DNA of 38,440 nucleotides from Candidatus Thorarchaeota archaeon. GTDB taxonomy: Archaea; Asgardarchaeota; Thorarchaeia; Thorarchaeales; Thorarchaeaceae. Location: the NCBI GenBank assembly GCA_019057475.1, contig DXJO01000049.1:1-38440 (forward strand), in the 5' to 3' direction. Each line of letters starts with the position of its first letter. Within the stretch, counting starts at the first letter, position 1. The notes under the pieces were generated by a model. The model was not told the DNA's origin. It saw nothing but the letters and a program-made list of their open reading frames with translations, and made no database searches. A program made the position numbers and the translations under genes. Of this stretch, positions 10,017-19,465 are shown piece after piece.

Positions 10017-10775
10017 TCATACCTTCAAAGCCACATTTCCATTCACTGCGTTGATGCGCATCATCTTTGACTCCGAACCAATGGCCACCTTCACGTAATA
10101 CGTTGGCACATAGTAGCCCTCAATCTTCTTGAATGTAAGACTGTGGCTTACTACGCGCTTCGCTTCAGCAGGCTTTCGACCGGCCATCTTGACTACTGCC
10201 TTGGTGACCTTTTCGAGAGTATTGAACTTCCCTGGAGATATCTTGTTCTTCCGAACCCAGGCAGGTGTTGCCTTTTTCTTGCCGGGTCCCTTTAGAAGAC
10301 GCTCCAAGCTTCTGGCAGGAGTGCCAGTTGAGCCATCTAATAACATCGCATCTGTACCTTTGGTTTCAAAGAGTTCTACAATGTCCAACTGGATAGCCTT
10401 GCCAGGAATGCTTTTCCCCTTTTTTGGCGTGTGTATTTCCTTCCCGATCATAGCGGCCTTCATTTGATCCTGAACGCCAAGCTCCTGCTTCCTCACCCGA
10501 ACGAACGCCATCTCGAGCTCCGCCTCATAGTCGCAGTAGAAATCGTATTTGAGAGACGGCTTGCTGATTTTAAGAACAGTACCGGACACTCCCAAGATGT
10601 CAGCGCCAGTTCCTGCGGCGAGCTTCGCTGCTTTCTTAGGCTTCACTTTGGTTCCGAAGTAGTAGAGCTTCTTCTTCTTATCGTCCACTTTCAGTTTCGC
10701 ACTTGCACCAGTCACCTTGAAGAGCGAGGGTGACAATGTTGCTTTCTTTTTTAATTTCGTCCTCTTCTTCGGCAT
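10017..10775 (-). CDS. Lysine-rich hypothetical protein
   Basis: 252-aa ORF with ATG start and a very basic composition; C-terminal YYVPTYYV..RINAVNG segment; no family recognised. Confidence 0.7.
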   Translation of the reverse strand: MPKKRTKLKKKATLSPSLFKVTGASAKLKVDDKKKKLYYFGTKVKPKKAAKLAAGTGADILGVSGTVLKISKPSLKYDFYCDYEAELEMAFVRVRKQELGVQDQMKAAMIGKEIHTPKKGKSIPGKAIQLDIVELFETKGTDAMLLDGSTGTPARSLERLLKGPGKKKATPAWVRKNKISPGKFNTLEKVTKAVVKMAGRKPAEAKRVVSHSLTFKKIEGYYVPTYYVKVAIGSESKMMRINAVNGNVALKV

Positions 10776-10867
10776 AGGATACCACTACGTAGATGGCTAG
10801 TACATGCCTATTTGTCCTCTTTGGCTGCAGGATTGCGACCCCTAGTGATAACTCACATGTGGAATCA

Positions 10868-12601
10868 TTACTTGTGCGCAAAAGCGACTTTCATTGGCGT
10901 GCCGGATTCAACAACGCATCCAAACCCCCATCTTTCAAACTGCAAGAACGTTCCGGGCTTCAGTTTAGATGCACTTGGTTCTGCGAAACCCGTTGTTATT
11001 TGACCGTCAATCATCGTAATCTCCGCTCCCACTGCGCCCTTCTTAGGCACCCACTGAATTATTGGCCCTCCAGCAGTTCGGACATCATTTACGTCTTGAC
11101 TGTGGAATTGACCGACTGGCGATTTCTCCTTGAGGAGTTTGAAGTTGGCGAAATCCTTCAACCTGAAGAGGGTGTCGTTCTTGAATCGATCGTAGTCCTT
11201 CTTTTGAATTCCTACTAGAAGTGTGTCATCAACCATTCCAAGAGGAATCGTCCTGACTCCACGGTCCGGGAAATCAGGATGAACAGGTGCTTCTGCATAG
11301 GTGGTTTCAGACGGAACCCCCGACAGCTCCAGCCAAGTTGGTGATTCAACAAAGAAAAGGCGCGGAGCATCGGCGTCTCGCAGCTTCCGGTTCTCAGAGT
11401 AGAGTGCTTTCATCGAGATTGAGATGTCAACAGTGCTCAGCCCAAGGTCAAGCATAACCTTTCGTACGGCCTGAGAATCAATTCCCCGCTTGGCCAATGA
11501 CTGCATACTCCAGGTGCGAGGATCATCCCATCCTGAGTAGGTTCCATCAAGGACCTCTCTTCGAGACTTGCTCTTGCTGAGTGTGGCGTCTTGGAATTTC
11601 AGGCGGCCATAGTAGAGAAGTTCAGGATGTTGCCAGCCATAGATGCTCCAGATGTGTTGCTCAATCTTCCCCTCCTTCACGAGATCCTTGCCCCTGATTA
11701 TGTGAGATACTCCTAGTTCATGGTCGTCGATTCCCCATGAATACTCCAACAGAGGCCACACACGATAGCGAGTCCCCACTCGGGGATGCTCTGTTTCGGA
11801 GATTCGAAGGATTACGTGGTCTCGCATCGCGGGGTCAGGATTGTCCATCCCGGTCTTCAGACGGACTGCGGCGCCTTTTTCGGGATAGGTGCCATCTAGC
11901 ATCATCTCCCAACGAGATAGATTCTCGTCGACAGAGAGGAGGCTACATGAACAAGGTTTCCCTTTGATCTTGTGCTCCTTTCTCCAAAGTCCGGCATCAC
12001 AATCACACACGTAAGCCTCGCCTTTCTTCAGCAAATCAACTGCATACTTGTAGAATATATCAAGTCGGTCTGATTTGTACACAGTGCGATGCCATTTAGC
12101 TCCAAGATATTCCAGACCCTCAGGAATCATATCAAAAGCTTCAGTCTCGACCTGTTTCTCATCCGAGCCTATCGTGTCATCAAAGACAAGAATAAGCTCA
12201 CCATCATACCTCTTCACGTAATAGTCATTCAGCACGACCATTCGGGCATTGCCAATGTGAAGGGGACCTGATGGAAAGGGTGCAAGTCGCATGACTACCT
12301 TTGGCCACATGCTTGCATTCGGGAGTTCTGGGAGTTCTTTAGACTCTGGCTCCGACTTGGCCTCCTGTTCAAGCAGTTCAGGGGCGATATCACGAAGCTC
12401 TGAACGTTGTGCCTCAAGAGTCAACTTCTCAATCTCATTCACTACCTTGGACACAATCTCCTTGACTTCGCTTGCACGTGACCTTAGGTCGGCCCGGGAT
12501 CCGAGGAGAGCGCCCATCACGGACTTCACGTTCGGTTTCCCTTCGTACTTCACAGCGTTGCCCAAGACGACTTTACGGATTTCGAACTCTAACTCGTCCA
12601 A
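10868..12601 (-). CDS. gltX: Glutamyl-tRNA synthetase (archaeal, class I)
   Basis: RLAPFPSGPLHIGNAR (HIGH), LSKSK (KMSKS), GWDDPR, QFERWGF. Start placed at TTG 12601 (MDELEF) after GGAG; a TATA-like TTAAAT lies ~35 nt upstream. Confidence 0.96.
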   Translation of the reverse strand: MDELEFEIRKVVLGNAVKYEGKPNVKSVMGALLGSRADLRSRASEVKEIVSKVVNEIEKLTLEAQRSELRDIAPELLEQEAKSEPESKELPELPNASMWPKVVMRLAPFPSGPLHIGNARMVVLNDYYVKRYDGELILVFDDTIGSDEKQVETEAFDMIPEGLEYLGAKWHRTVYKSDRLDIFYKYAVDLLKKGEAYVCDCDAGLWRKEHKIKGKPCSCSLLSVDENLSRWEMMLDGTYPEKGAAVRLKTGMDNPDPAMRDHVILRISETEHPRVGTRYRVWPLLEYSWGIDDHELGVSHIIRGKDLVKEGKIEQHIWSIYGWQHPELLYYGRLKFQDATLSKSKSRREVLDGTYSGWDDPRTWSMQSLAKRGIDSQAVRKVMLDLGLSTVDISISMKALYSENRKLRDADAPRLFFVESPTWLELSGVPSETTYAEAPVHPDFPDRGVRTIPLGMVDDTLLVGIQKKDYDRFKNDTLFRLKDFANFKLLKEKSPVGQFHSQDVNDVRTAGGPIIQWVPKKGAVGAEITMIDGQITTGFAEPSASKLKPGTFLQFERWGFGCVVESGTPMKVAFAHK

Positions 12602-12765
12602 CCAGAACAGCTCCATAGAGGTTGTTAGCCGGAGCAATTTAACAATTCTGATGGGTTACTAGTACTAATGAAGGGTGAAACAAGTGTGTTCTGGTGGAAG
12701 TTGGACTGAGGGTAAGTATACATATTGCGTTCAGCTGGAAATGACGAATTGTTTGAGGTTAGTTT

Positions 12766-13524
12766 CTATTTGGATTTCAAATCTTTCCTTATCATTCTAG
12801 CGACGTTGAGCGGCCAATGACAAATGATGTTAAACTTTTGATATATTGTATCTGTCACTTGTCTTGATCCATTGTTTCGACCTATTATGGGAGAGAATGC
12901 ATGATTGCAAGAAGCGAGATATACTTTAACATCTCCAGTTTGTGAATAGAAATCAAAAATATGTGCAGCCTCTGCGAGAATCGCTTGATCAGTTGGGTCT
13001 GCACCTTTTTTCTTAAGACGGAATAATTGCTTGTGGGTTAGATGTTCATGTTTTAATATTGCTTCGTAGACACTTTTTTCAAAAGTATATGCAATCCGAA
13101 CATTGGTTAAATCAGCAAGTGTATCAAGTGCATTGTAGAGGTTCTCTACTTTTCTCAACCATTCTCCTCTAATTTCGGGCAAGATCGGTTCTCGGGTCAA
13201 TATTTCTAGATAGCTTTCAAGTCTATCTTCACATTTCCCAAGAATATGAGAGCCGAGTCGAAGGATGGCGTTCATATCCATGTGAGGTTTGAATTGTCGT
13301 AAGGTCTTAATCAGGACCTTGTTCAAAACACTATGCGTTTCATCCTCAATTGTTTTTGTGATAATGCCTATACGTTTACCCATGTTCTTCTTCAGAAGAC
13401 CGATTAGGCTCATAGAATGATCATGGAAATCATGCTTGAATGGTTCATCAAAGTCTTCGATTGATGCCACGAAAACTGATGCTGCAAGAAGTACATTGCT
13501 ATCTAATAGTGCTTTAATCTTCAT
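12766..13524 (-). CDS. PIN-domain-like protein in an AT-rich islet
   Basis: N-terminal ALLDSNVLL, IEDE, DPTDQAILAEA and YLASCN spaced like PIN acidic motifs. Confidence 0.6.
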   Translation of the reverse strand: MKIKALLDSNVLLAASVFVASIEDFDEPFKHDFHDHSMSLIGLLKKNMGKRIGIITKTIEDETHSVLNKVLIKTLRQFKPHMDMNAILRLGSHILGKCEDRLESYLEILTREPILPEIRGEWLRKVENLYNALDTLADLTNVRIAYTFEKSVYEAILKHEHLTHKQLFRLKKKGADPTDQAILAEAAHIFDFYSQTGDVKVYLASCNHAFSPIIGRNNGSRQVTDTIYQKFNIICHWPLNVARMIRKDLKSK

Positions 13525-14038
13525 TTACTAACCCCATCACAATATCTTGAAATACTTTGAATCCTTTCTTTCGGATTTTTGCGGGGATAGATTGTATGTC
13601 GTTTTCATTAGCTGGTAACATGTTGGCATGTCTTGCCATGTTTCTTAATACTCTAGCAGTTTGAAAGCTTTGATTTCCAAATAAGGATGGAGGTCCATCT
13701 TTTGCTTCCATCATGAGGGTTATGGAATCTATCAAACTTGGTAATACAGTGATTGCATCTTCAGTAACCCTTGGATTGTCTTTGGTTTCTTTGGCAGTTT
13801 TATATCGTTGAATCATTTGTCCTAGAATTAGAGCACCATTGCGTGAAACATGGAACATTGGAAATGAGGCTTCGATATTGTTGTCTGTATATGTTTCAAG
13901 CCAGTGATTTTCCATATGTTCAAACTCAGCTAACAATGTTTCTAGAGGTTCAATAATCGCTAAATCCACTTTTCCAGATTTTTTGGATTCCTCTACAAAA
14001 TTCATTATTGTACTGAATGTTTCTGATATGTTCAGCAT
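13514..14038 (-). CDS. Hypothetical alpha-helical protein, overlapping partner of the PIN gene
   Basis: 174-aa ORF with ATG start, 11-nt overlap with the PIN gene and the same AT-rich composition. Confidence 0.7.
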   Translation of the reverse strand: MLNISETFSTIMNFVEESKKSGKVDLAIIEPLETLLAEFEHMENHWLETYTDNNIEASFPMFHVSRNGALILGQMIQRYKTAKETKDNPRVTEDAITVLPSLIDSITLMMEAKDGPPSLFGNQSFQTARVLRNMARHANMLPANENDIQSIPAKIRKKGFKVFQDIVMGLVNED

Positions 14039-14250
14039 AGGTGTGGTTCCCTCTCGGATGGTTTTTATTCAATATTCCCGGCGAAATCATGTCGAGTCAT
14101 GCAATACATAGACTTGTCTACGTCTTACATATTTAACATTAACTGGAAGAACAATGCGTGAAAAGAAGCCGAGCAAAAAGAAGACAGCGAAGTGAAGATT
14201 ATAAGGCATGACTGCGGATTTCTAGTTGAAATACTGCATCGGGTGGTAAC

Positions 14251-14523
14251 TTGTCTGAACTGAAGTGTTGCAAATTATGCGGAGCTTTTCTTACCTGTGA
14301 CCACAAGAGTGAATGCTGCCCAGAGTGTGAGTACTTTGATCCACAAGACATACTCTGCATGGCTCCTGAGGCATTGAAGAAAGCTAAGAATAAAGAAGTA
14401 GCTGTAAATCGCTTTGATGATGACGAAGTTGATCCTCAAACCTTTCTCTTTGAGGATGATGACGAAGCCGAAGAGGAAACCGACACAACAGATACGCTCG
14501 ACGTTGAAGATGCATGGGGCTAA
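14251..14523 (+). CDS. Small Cys-rich (zinc-finger-like) protein with acidic tail
   Basis: CCKLC..CDH..CCPEC..C followed by an Asp/Glu-rich C-terminus; GGTGG upstream of the TTG start. Confidence 0.7.
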   Translation: MSELKCCKLCGAFLTCDHKSECCPECEYFDPQDILCMAPEALKKAKNKEVAVNRFDDDEVDPQTFLFEDDDEAEEETDTTDTLDVEDAWG

Positions 14524-14624
14524 TACCCACATCCTTAGAATTGCTCATGGACATGCTTTTATGGAAATGGCCTCTGTTCTTCCTTGGAGGGGAGCCACGA
14601 GTTTATCGCAAGGTGATTGGGAGT

Positions 14625-14780
14625 ATGACGAAAGTTGGATATATTATGGGGCCAATGCCCCCCCATAATGAACCAGTCTTAACTGCTGAAGAAAGGCTTC
14701 AGCGTGTAAAGGGTTGCGCTGTTCTTTGTTGCGTTGCAATTATCCTAATGGTATTAGTGGGCGTCATCTTGAAGATGTGA
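14625..14780 (+). CDS. Small C-terminally anchored membrane protein
   Basis: AGGTGA..GGAG before ATG 14625; hydrophobic C-terminus CAVLCCVAIILMVLVGVIL. Confidence 0.5.
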   Translation: MTKVGYIMGPMPPHNEPVLTAEERLQRVKGCAVLCCVAIILMVLVGVILKM

Positions 14781-14936
14781 TTAGTGCCAAGACAGCCGGT
14801 CTTGGGGCGATGCCATAATAGCGCCTGAACGGTCCACGCGACTAAGTTTCAAGGGAGCAGGGTGTTCTATTTGTGAATGAACAACCGCGTGTAAGCCATG
14901 AACTATCACTCATATTCTGATTATGCTGACAGGAAT

Positions 14937-15728
14937 CTAGGGACTTGGCACTGGCAGATTATAGAAGTAGAGTGCCATGAGGGCGATTGCAATGACTAGC
15001 AGGATGGTTGCATTTCCAACAAGCCAGCCCCGAGCGTTCTTCTGGGTAATCTTGATTGGGCCAAGTGGCTTGATCCCGGTTGGTGCTTTGTCATGTGGGT
15101 TTGTTGCCCGCCAGATTATTTCCAAGGGACTTGCGTCACTGGGGAAGATGTCAAGGTACAAGTGACTGGCATAGCCAATGAGGAACAGGCTTGCGATGTA
15201 GTACTCGATGCCTGCACCCACACTGAATGTTTCTGATGAAACGATTCTCGTAGCGACATTGACCACGGTCATTAACACAAAAATGAATGGTAGCACAGCT
15301 GAATGAAAAATGATATTCCTATGACGAGAGATGCCAAGAAACGTTATGTCCCAATCAGGTAAAACTGCCCCAGTCACCATAATCAGAGCGCCAATGAATA
15401 TTGAGAGGTTTCCAACAATCGGCACACCAGTAGTCCACTGATAAATAAGGGCACCAAGCAGCGAGCCAATACAAAAAGCAACGAATGTCAGGGCACTAAC
15501 TGCCCCCACGTTTCCAACAGTTCGGGCGGCCATCCCCTTGTGAGGAGACTTGTAGTATAAGATAGGAACTGAAATGATGCTGGTCGCAAGACCGCCTGCA
15601 ACATAATAAAATAGCAAATCAGATAGGAGACTAGCGTCAGCCTGCCATACACTGAAGACATAGATCAATGTGTAAAGTCCTACGAATAATGCTATCGCGA
15701 AAACCATGTGTGACAACCGATTCATCAT
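14937..15728 (-). CDS. Membrane-bound metal-dependent hydrolase (YdjM/LexA-binding-like family)
   Basis: Multiple TM segments; SH near the N-terminus, LPDWD, HRNIIFHS, GYASHLYLD. Confidence 0.7.
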   Translation of the reverse strand: MMNRLSHMVFAIALFVGLYTLIYVFSVWQADASLLSDLLFYYVAGGLATSIISVPILYYKSPHKGMAARTVGNVGAVSALTFVAFCIGSLLGALIYQWTTGVPIVGNLSIFIGALIMVTGAVLPDWDITFLGISRHRNIIFHSAVLPFIFVLMTVVNVATRIVSSETFSVGAGIEYYIASLFLIGYASHLYLDIFPSDASPLEIIWRATNPHDKAPTGIKPLGPIKITQKNARGWLVGNATILLVIAIALMALYFYNLPVPSP

Positions 15729-15786
15729 TACAAACTCCTGTGTACTCCCGGTTTCTGCTTAAGTCCTGCTCAAACGGTCATTCGTC

Positions 15787-18132
15787 TTATTTCTTTCGAC
15801 GCCCTCGAAAACCTGGGAACCAGTATATCGTACTCTTAGAGTAGCTTTTCTGCACCTTTGCCACTCCATTCTCAGCAAGAAGGTCAAGTGCGTTGGTTAC
15901 ACGATCCTCAGTCCATCCAAGACCAACAACAACATCTTCGATTGTTAAGCGACCATCTCTTTTTGCGGCGAGGCCTAGCACTTGTGTGGGGTCCTTGGTT
16001 AGTTCGACAGGCATGAATTTCACTAGGCGTGTGCCATTCTCAAGTCTTGTCATGCCTTGGATGAGCCCTTCTTTGGTCATAGAAGTAACAATGTTTTCTA
16101 TCTCTTTCGACTTGGTGGCCCATCCAAGGGAATCCAATCTAACCAAGAATTCGGAGAACATCATTATGCCCCCGGATTCCTTGGATTCCTGTGCTAATCG
16201 AAGGATGTCTCGTCTCAGACCCTCAAGCCTATCGTCCCGCTTCAGCAAACGTTTGACCATTCCTTTCTTTTTCGTCGCTTCAGCAATCCATGACTCGGGC
16301 TCATAGCCGAGCTCGGTTAGAAGCTCCTCAAATGCACTTCTATAAGCAGGTATGGTGAGCAGCGTGCTTCCTTGCTTTTGGAATGCATCTCTCAGCCTAG
16401 CTCTGATTTCGTCGATGTGTCGCGCCCGTTCCATTAGTTTGTCAAACCTGATAGTGAGACGTTCCTCGTCAGAGAATGGATCTAGGGTCACCGGTATAAC
16501 CAAGTTACTCGTTGAGCTTAGAGTGAACTCGATTGGCCTGTCGTGGTAGTCGTTTGCTCGAATTACTCCCTCATAGCGGCTCTTGGGCAGGGACGCCTTA
16601 ATCACTCCGGCAGCATCTGACCGAAGAAGAAATGCGCCCAGTTCTAGAAGGGCCCCCTCAATGGGTTTGCCTGAATCATCGTGCACGTGAAATCTAACGA
16701 AGCAAGTTGTATCAGTGCCTGAAAGAAGAGGGGACACCTTGCTGAGTTTCATTGGCTTCTTCTTGTTTTCTGGAAATCCAGAAATGATGCCGCTGAGTTC
16801 GTTAAGCAGATTCACTTTCACTAAGCCATCGGATTGCAGAGATTTGCCACCCTCCCTGATTAGGGAACGAGTGACTCCAATGGTGAGAAGGTTGTTATTC
16901 TTCGAGGAGGTCCGCAAGAATTTTCTGAATCCAACATCATTGTTGGCGCGGTGTGTGAGTTCGTCCGTAATCGAGCTGAGCCCGGAATCGGCAGCAATAG
17001 GATTGACATAGTCACGACGCCGGCCAACTTGTTGGTCAATGGGAAGCAAGTACGATGGAGGGTATACCGCGACACGCAGACGGCCCTTCTTGGAGAAACC
17101 AACCATTATGAAGGGAATCATCAGGGTGACGCCGTCTTTATCCGGGCCAACACCACTGCAAGCAACAAGAAAGGCTTCGTGCAACAACCGACGCTGATTC
17201 TCAATTCCACTTTGGGCGCTCTCAGTCCGTGAATGTAATTCCTCTTGCTGTATAAGCAGATCCCTGAAGGTTTTCTGGACCTGGGTCAGAATCTCTTCAC
17301 GTTTGGCAATATCTCTCTTCAGAGCCTTCTTCCGACCCTTCAAGGTCGTTTCGATCTCTTGCATCTTTGAGGACCGTTTACCTGCCGAAGAATCTCTCGC
17401 TGTCATTTGTTCAATCCGTGACTCCAGATTCGCGACCTCTTTCCGAAGAACGGTTATTCGTTTATTGAGTCTGGTGGTTTTCGTCGATGTCTGTGATTCC
17501 TGTTCAGAAACGATGTTCCGCATCTGAGATGCAACTTCTTCATCGACGTGAGAGAGAGCAGCTCCAGCATTGTGAAGAACTCGGAATGTTTCTTGAAGAG
17601 CCTCAGCACATTTTTCAACATCTGAATCCTTCAACAGCTTCGGAAGAATGAGGGCGTACTCTTCAAGCCTCTCTTTGGTCGGCCACTCCAACATCTGTGA
17701 TACGCATGCTGCTAATGGCCCAGATAGCACACCAAGGTGCTCCTGTGATGCAGCGGTTGAAACGGTGTTGACTACTGACAGACAATCGCGGATACAATCA
17801 AGAAGTTCGGAGCTAGAATGGCTACCCCTCACGCGATCCAGCAAATCTCCAAAATTGATTTCTTGATGACTGATAAGACTAGCAGAACTCATGCCCTGAT
17901 ACTCGATAAGAAAGCATCCTGATGATAGTGTCGAGGGAACCACTCTAATCGGAAGATATGTCTTGAGGACGAACTCGATATCATTGTCATTCTTTGTAGC
18001 CAAAGCGTTGATCAAGATTGCTGCCAACGCATAGTCCTCTGGCACCGCTTGCTTAACCGGCTGCCCATCAGCCAACCGAGTGGTTCTGGTTGCCATGACA
18101 GGGATGATGAGTTGACGAGTTGGAGAGTCCAT
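15787..18132 (-). CDS. Multidomain ESCRT-II-like protein: N-terminal alpha/beta domain + coiled coil + carboxypeptidase-regulatory/Ig-like domain + C-terminal EAP30 (Vps22/Vps36) tandem winged helices
   Basis: The C-terminal ~200 aa (PAYRSAFEELLTELGYEP..GGIMMFSEF..PVELTKDPTQVLGLA..GRLTIEDVVVGLGWTEDRVTNALDLLAENG..YWFPG) follow the Vps22/SNF8 pattern; VHDDSGKPIEGA beta-sandwich domain. Confidence 0.8.
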   Translation of the reverse strand: MDSPTRQLIIPVMATRTTRLADGQPVKQAVPEDYALAAILINALATKNDNDIEFVLKTYLPIRVVPSTLSSGCFLIEYQGMSSASLISHQEINFGDLLDRVRGSHSSSELLDCIRDCLSVVNTVSTAASQEHLGVLSGPLAACVSQMLEWPTKERLEEYALILPKLLKDSDVEKCAEALQETFRVLHNAGAALSHVDEEVASQMRNIVSEQESQTSTKTTRLNKRITVLRKEVANLESRIEQMTARDSSAGKRSSKMQEIETTLKGRKKALKRDIAKREEILTQVQKTFRDLLIQQEELHSRTESAQSGIENQRRLLHEAFLVACSGVGPDKDGVTLMIPFIMVGFSKKGRLRVAVYPPSYLLPIDQQVGRRRDYVNPIAADSGLSSITDELTHRANNDVGFRKFLRTSSKNNNLLTIGVTRSLIREGGKSLQSDGLVKVNLLNELSGIISGFPENKKKPMKLSKVSPLLSGTDTTCFVRFHVHDDSGKPIEGALLELGAFLLRSDAAGVIKASLPKSRYEGVIRANDYHDRPIEFTLSSTSNLVIPVTLDPFSDEERLTIRFDKLMERARHIDEIRARLRDAFQKQGSTLLTIPAYRSAFEELLTELGYEPESWIAEATKKKGMVKRLLKRDDRLEGLRRDILRLAQESKESGGIMMFSEFLVRLDSLGWATKSKEIENIVTSMTKEGLIQGMTRLENGTRLVKFMPVELTKDPTQVLGLAAKRDGRLTIEDVVVGLGWTEDRVTNALDLLAENGVAKVQKSYSKSTIYWFPGFRGRRKK

Positions 18133-18352
18133 TGTATTGTCCTTGAACCGAACAGCAAATCAATGCTTTTCACCCTTTCTAGGAAGGAACTCAATGCTCG
18201 TAGATGGCGCCTGTTGAGGGTGTGTCCTACGAAAGCGACTAATCAGCAGCATAATTCGAAACCCAGTGAAATGACAAGTGGTTTGGACTCGCGGGAGCTC
18301 ATCAGGGTCAAACATTTATGCAGTAAGACACATCCCGAGAATGGGGCGTCAC

Positions 18353-19465
18353 ATGCCAGAAGCGATTTTCGTAGTTCATTTGGACGATTACCAAGGATTC
18401 GTTGTTGAGAAGCGCTATCCCTCCACACTTTCCCTCAATGAGAAGGCGCTAAACCTTGTGTACTATGAGCATGAGAAGGAGAAGGCAACGAACCTCAAGT
18501 TCTCAGATATAGAGGGAATGAGGGTGGTTTCTTTCGCTGAAAGGACACACCCCGGATGGGTAGTGTGCTTTGTCCTCGGAGCTGATGAGGATTACGAAAC
18601 TGAGGACAATAACATGGCAGGCATGGCACGGCTCATCTTGGAACTGATGAGCGAAGTGCCAGATGCGGTCAACTTGCGCGAGATCCTCGGTAATGAGAGT
18701 GTTCTCAATGAACCGAATGAGGAGCAGAAGATGGCGGACATCTTCTTCACTCCTTCATCTGCGCTGCTTCTGGAAAGACTCGAGATAGAGGGTGTGGAAA
18801 AAGCGGCCAAGCTTTCTATCTGGCTTCAAACTCAATTGCAGACAGACACAATCGAGCTCCATGAGATTGTGGAACCACTTATGCAATCCGGAGTTATCAA
18901 GGTTGAACTGCTAGGCAAGACAGGAGAAACTGTTTTCCTGGTCAAGGATATTTTCGGCTATCGCGCCCCACCCGTGAAGTCAATCATGAAAGCTATGGAA
19001 GCTGACCCAGAAATGGGCAAGAAGTACAAGCAGCTTGTTTCAAGTTTCTTCTCGCCCCCCACGGGTAAGGGTTACAATCCCACACTGCCATTGGACGATC
19101 CAAACTCTCCACTTCTTGAGGACAGGGAGAAGATGTCAAGGCTGCTCTCCAAGAGTTTACCTTATATGGTCCTGGAATGTCTGCGCGAGGGCCCTCAGGA
19201 GATTGGGAATATAGCACAGAAGACGGCGCTTCCTCTTGAAACCGTCCAATCTATTCTGTGGTCGTTCGAATCGGACAGAGTGGCTGCCCAGCTTGATGAA
19301 TACGGTATCTGGGTACTTGTTTCAGATCCTGTTATTGAATCATTCATGCCTGAGTTCATACTCCCGGCTATTTCAAAGAAACTAGCAGACAAGGAGCTAG
19401 CACCTGAAACAGCAATTAGGCATCTTGAACTCCTTATCGAGGAGTGGGGTGAAATTTGTGATTAG
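18353..19465 (+). CDS. Longin/uDENN-like N-terminal domain plus winged-helix domains
   Basis: AIFVVHLDDYQGFVVEKRYP beta-hairpin start and WVVCFVL strand; HTH segments (ELHEIVEPLMQSGVIK; IAQKTALPLETVQSILWSFESD). Start placed at ATG 18353. Confidence 0.6.
   Translation: MPEAIFVVHLDDYQGFVVEKRYPSTLSLNEKALNLVYYEHEKEKATNLKFSDIEGMRVVSFAERTHPGWVVCFVLGADEDYETEDNNMAGMARLILELMSEVPDAVNLREILGNESVLNEPNEEQKMADIFFTPSSALLLERLEIEGVEKAAKLSIWLQTQLQTDTIELHEIVEPLMQSGVIKVELLGKTGETVFLVKDIFGYRAPPVKSIMKAMEADPEMGKKYKQLVSSFFSPPTGKGYNPTLPLDDPNSPLLEDREKMSRLLSKSLPYMVLECLREGPQEIGNIAQKTALPLETVQSILWSFESDRVAAQLDEYGIWVLVSDPVIESFMPEFILPAISKKLADKELAPETAIRHLELLIEEWGEICD

Noticed and set aside
12640-14250. Integrated element with att sites or an integrase
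   Set aside because: No integrase, tRNA or flanking direct repeat was seen by eye; only the compositional shift is supported.
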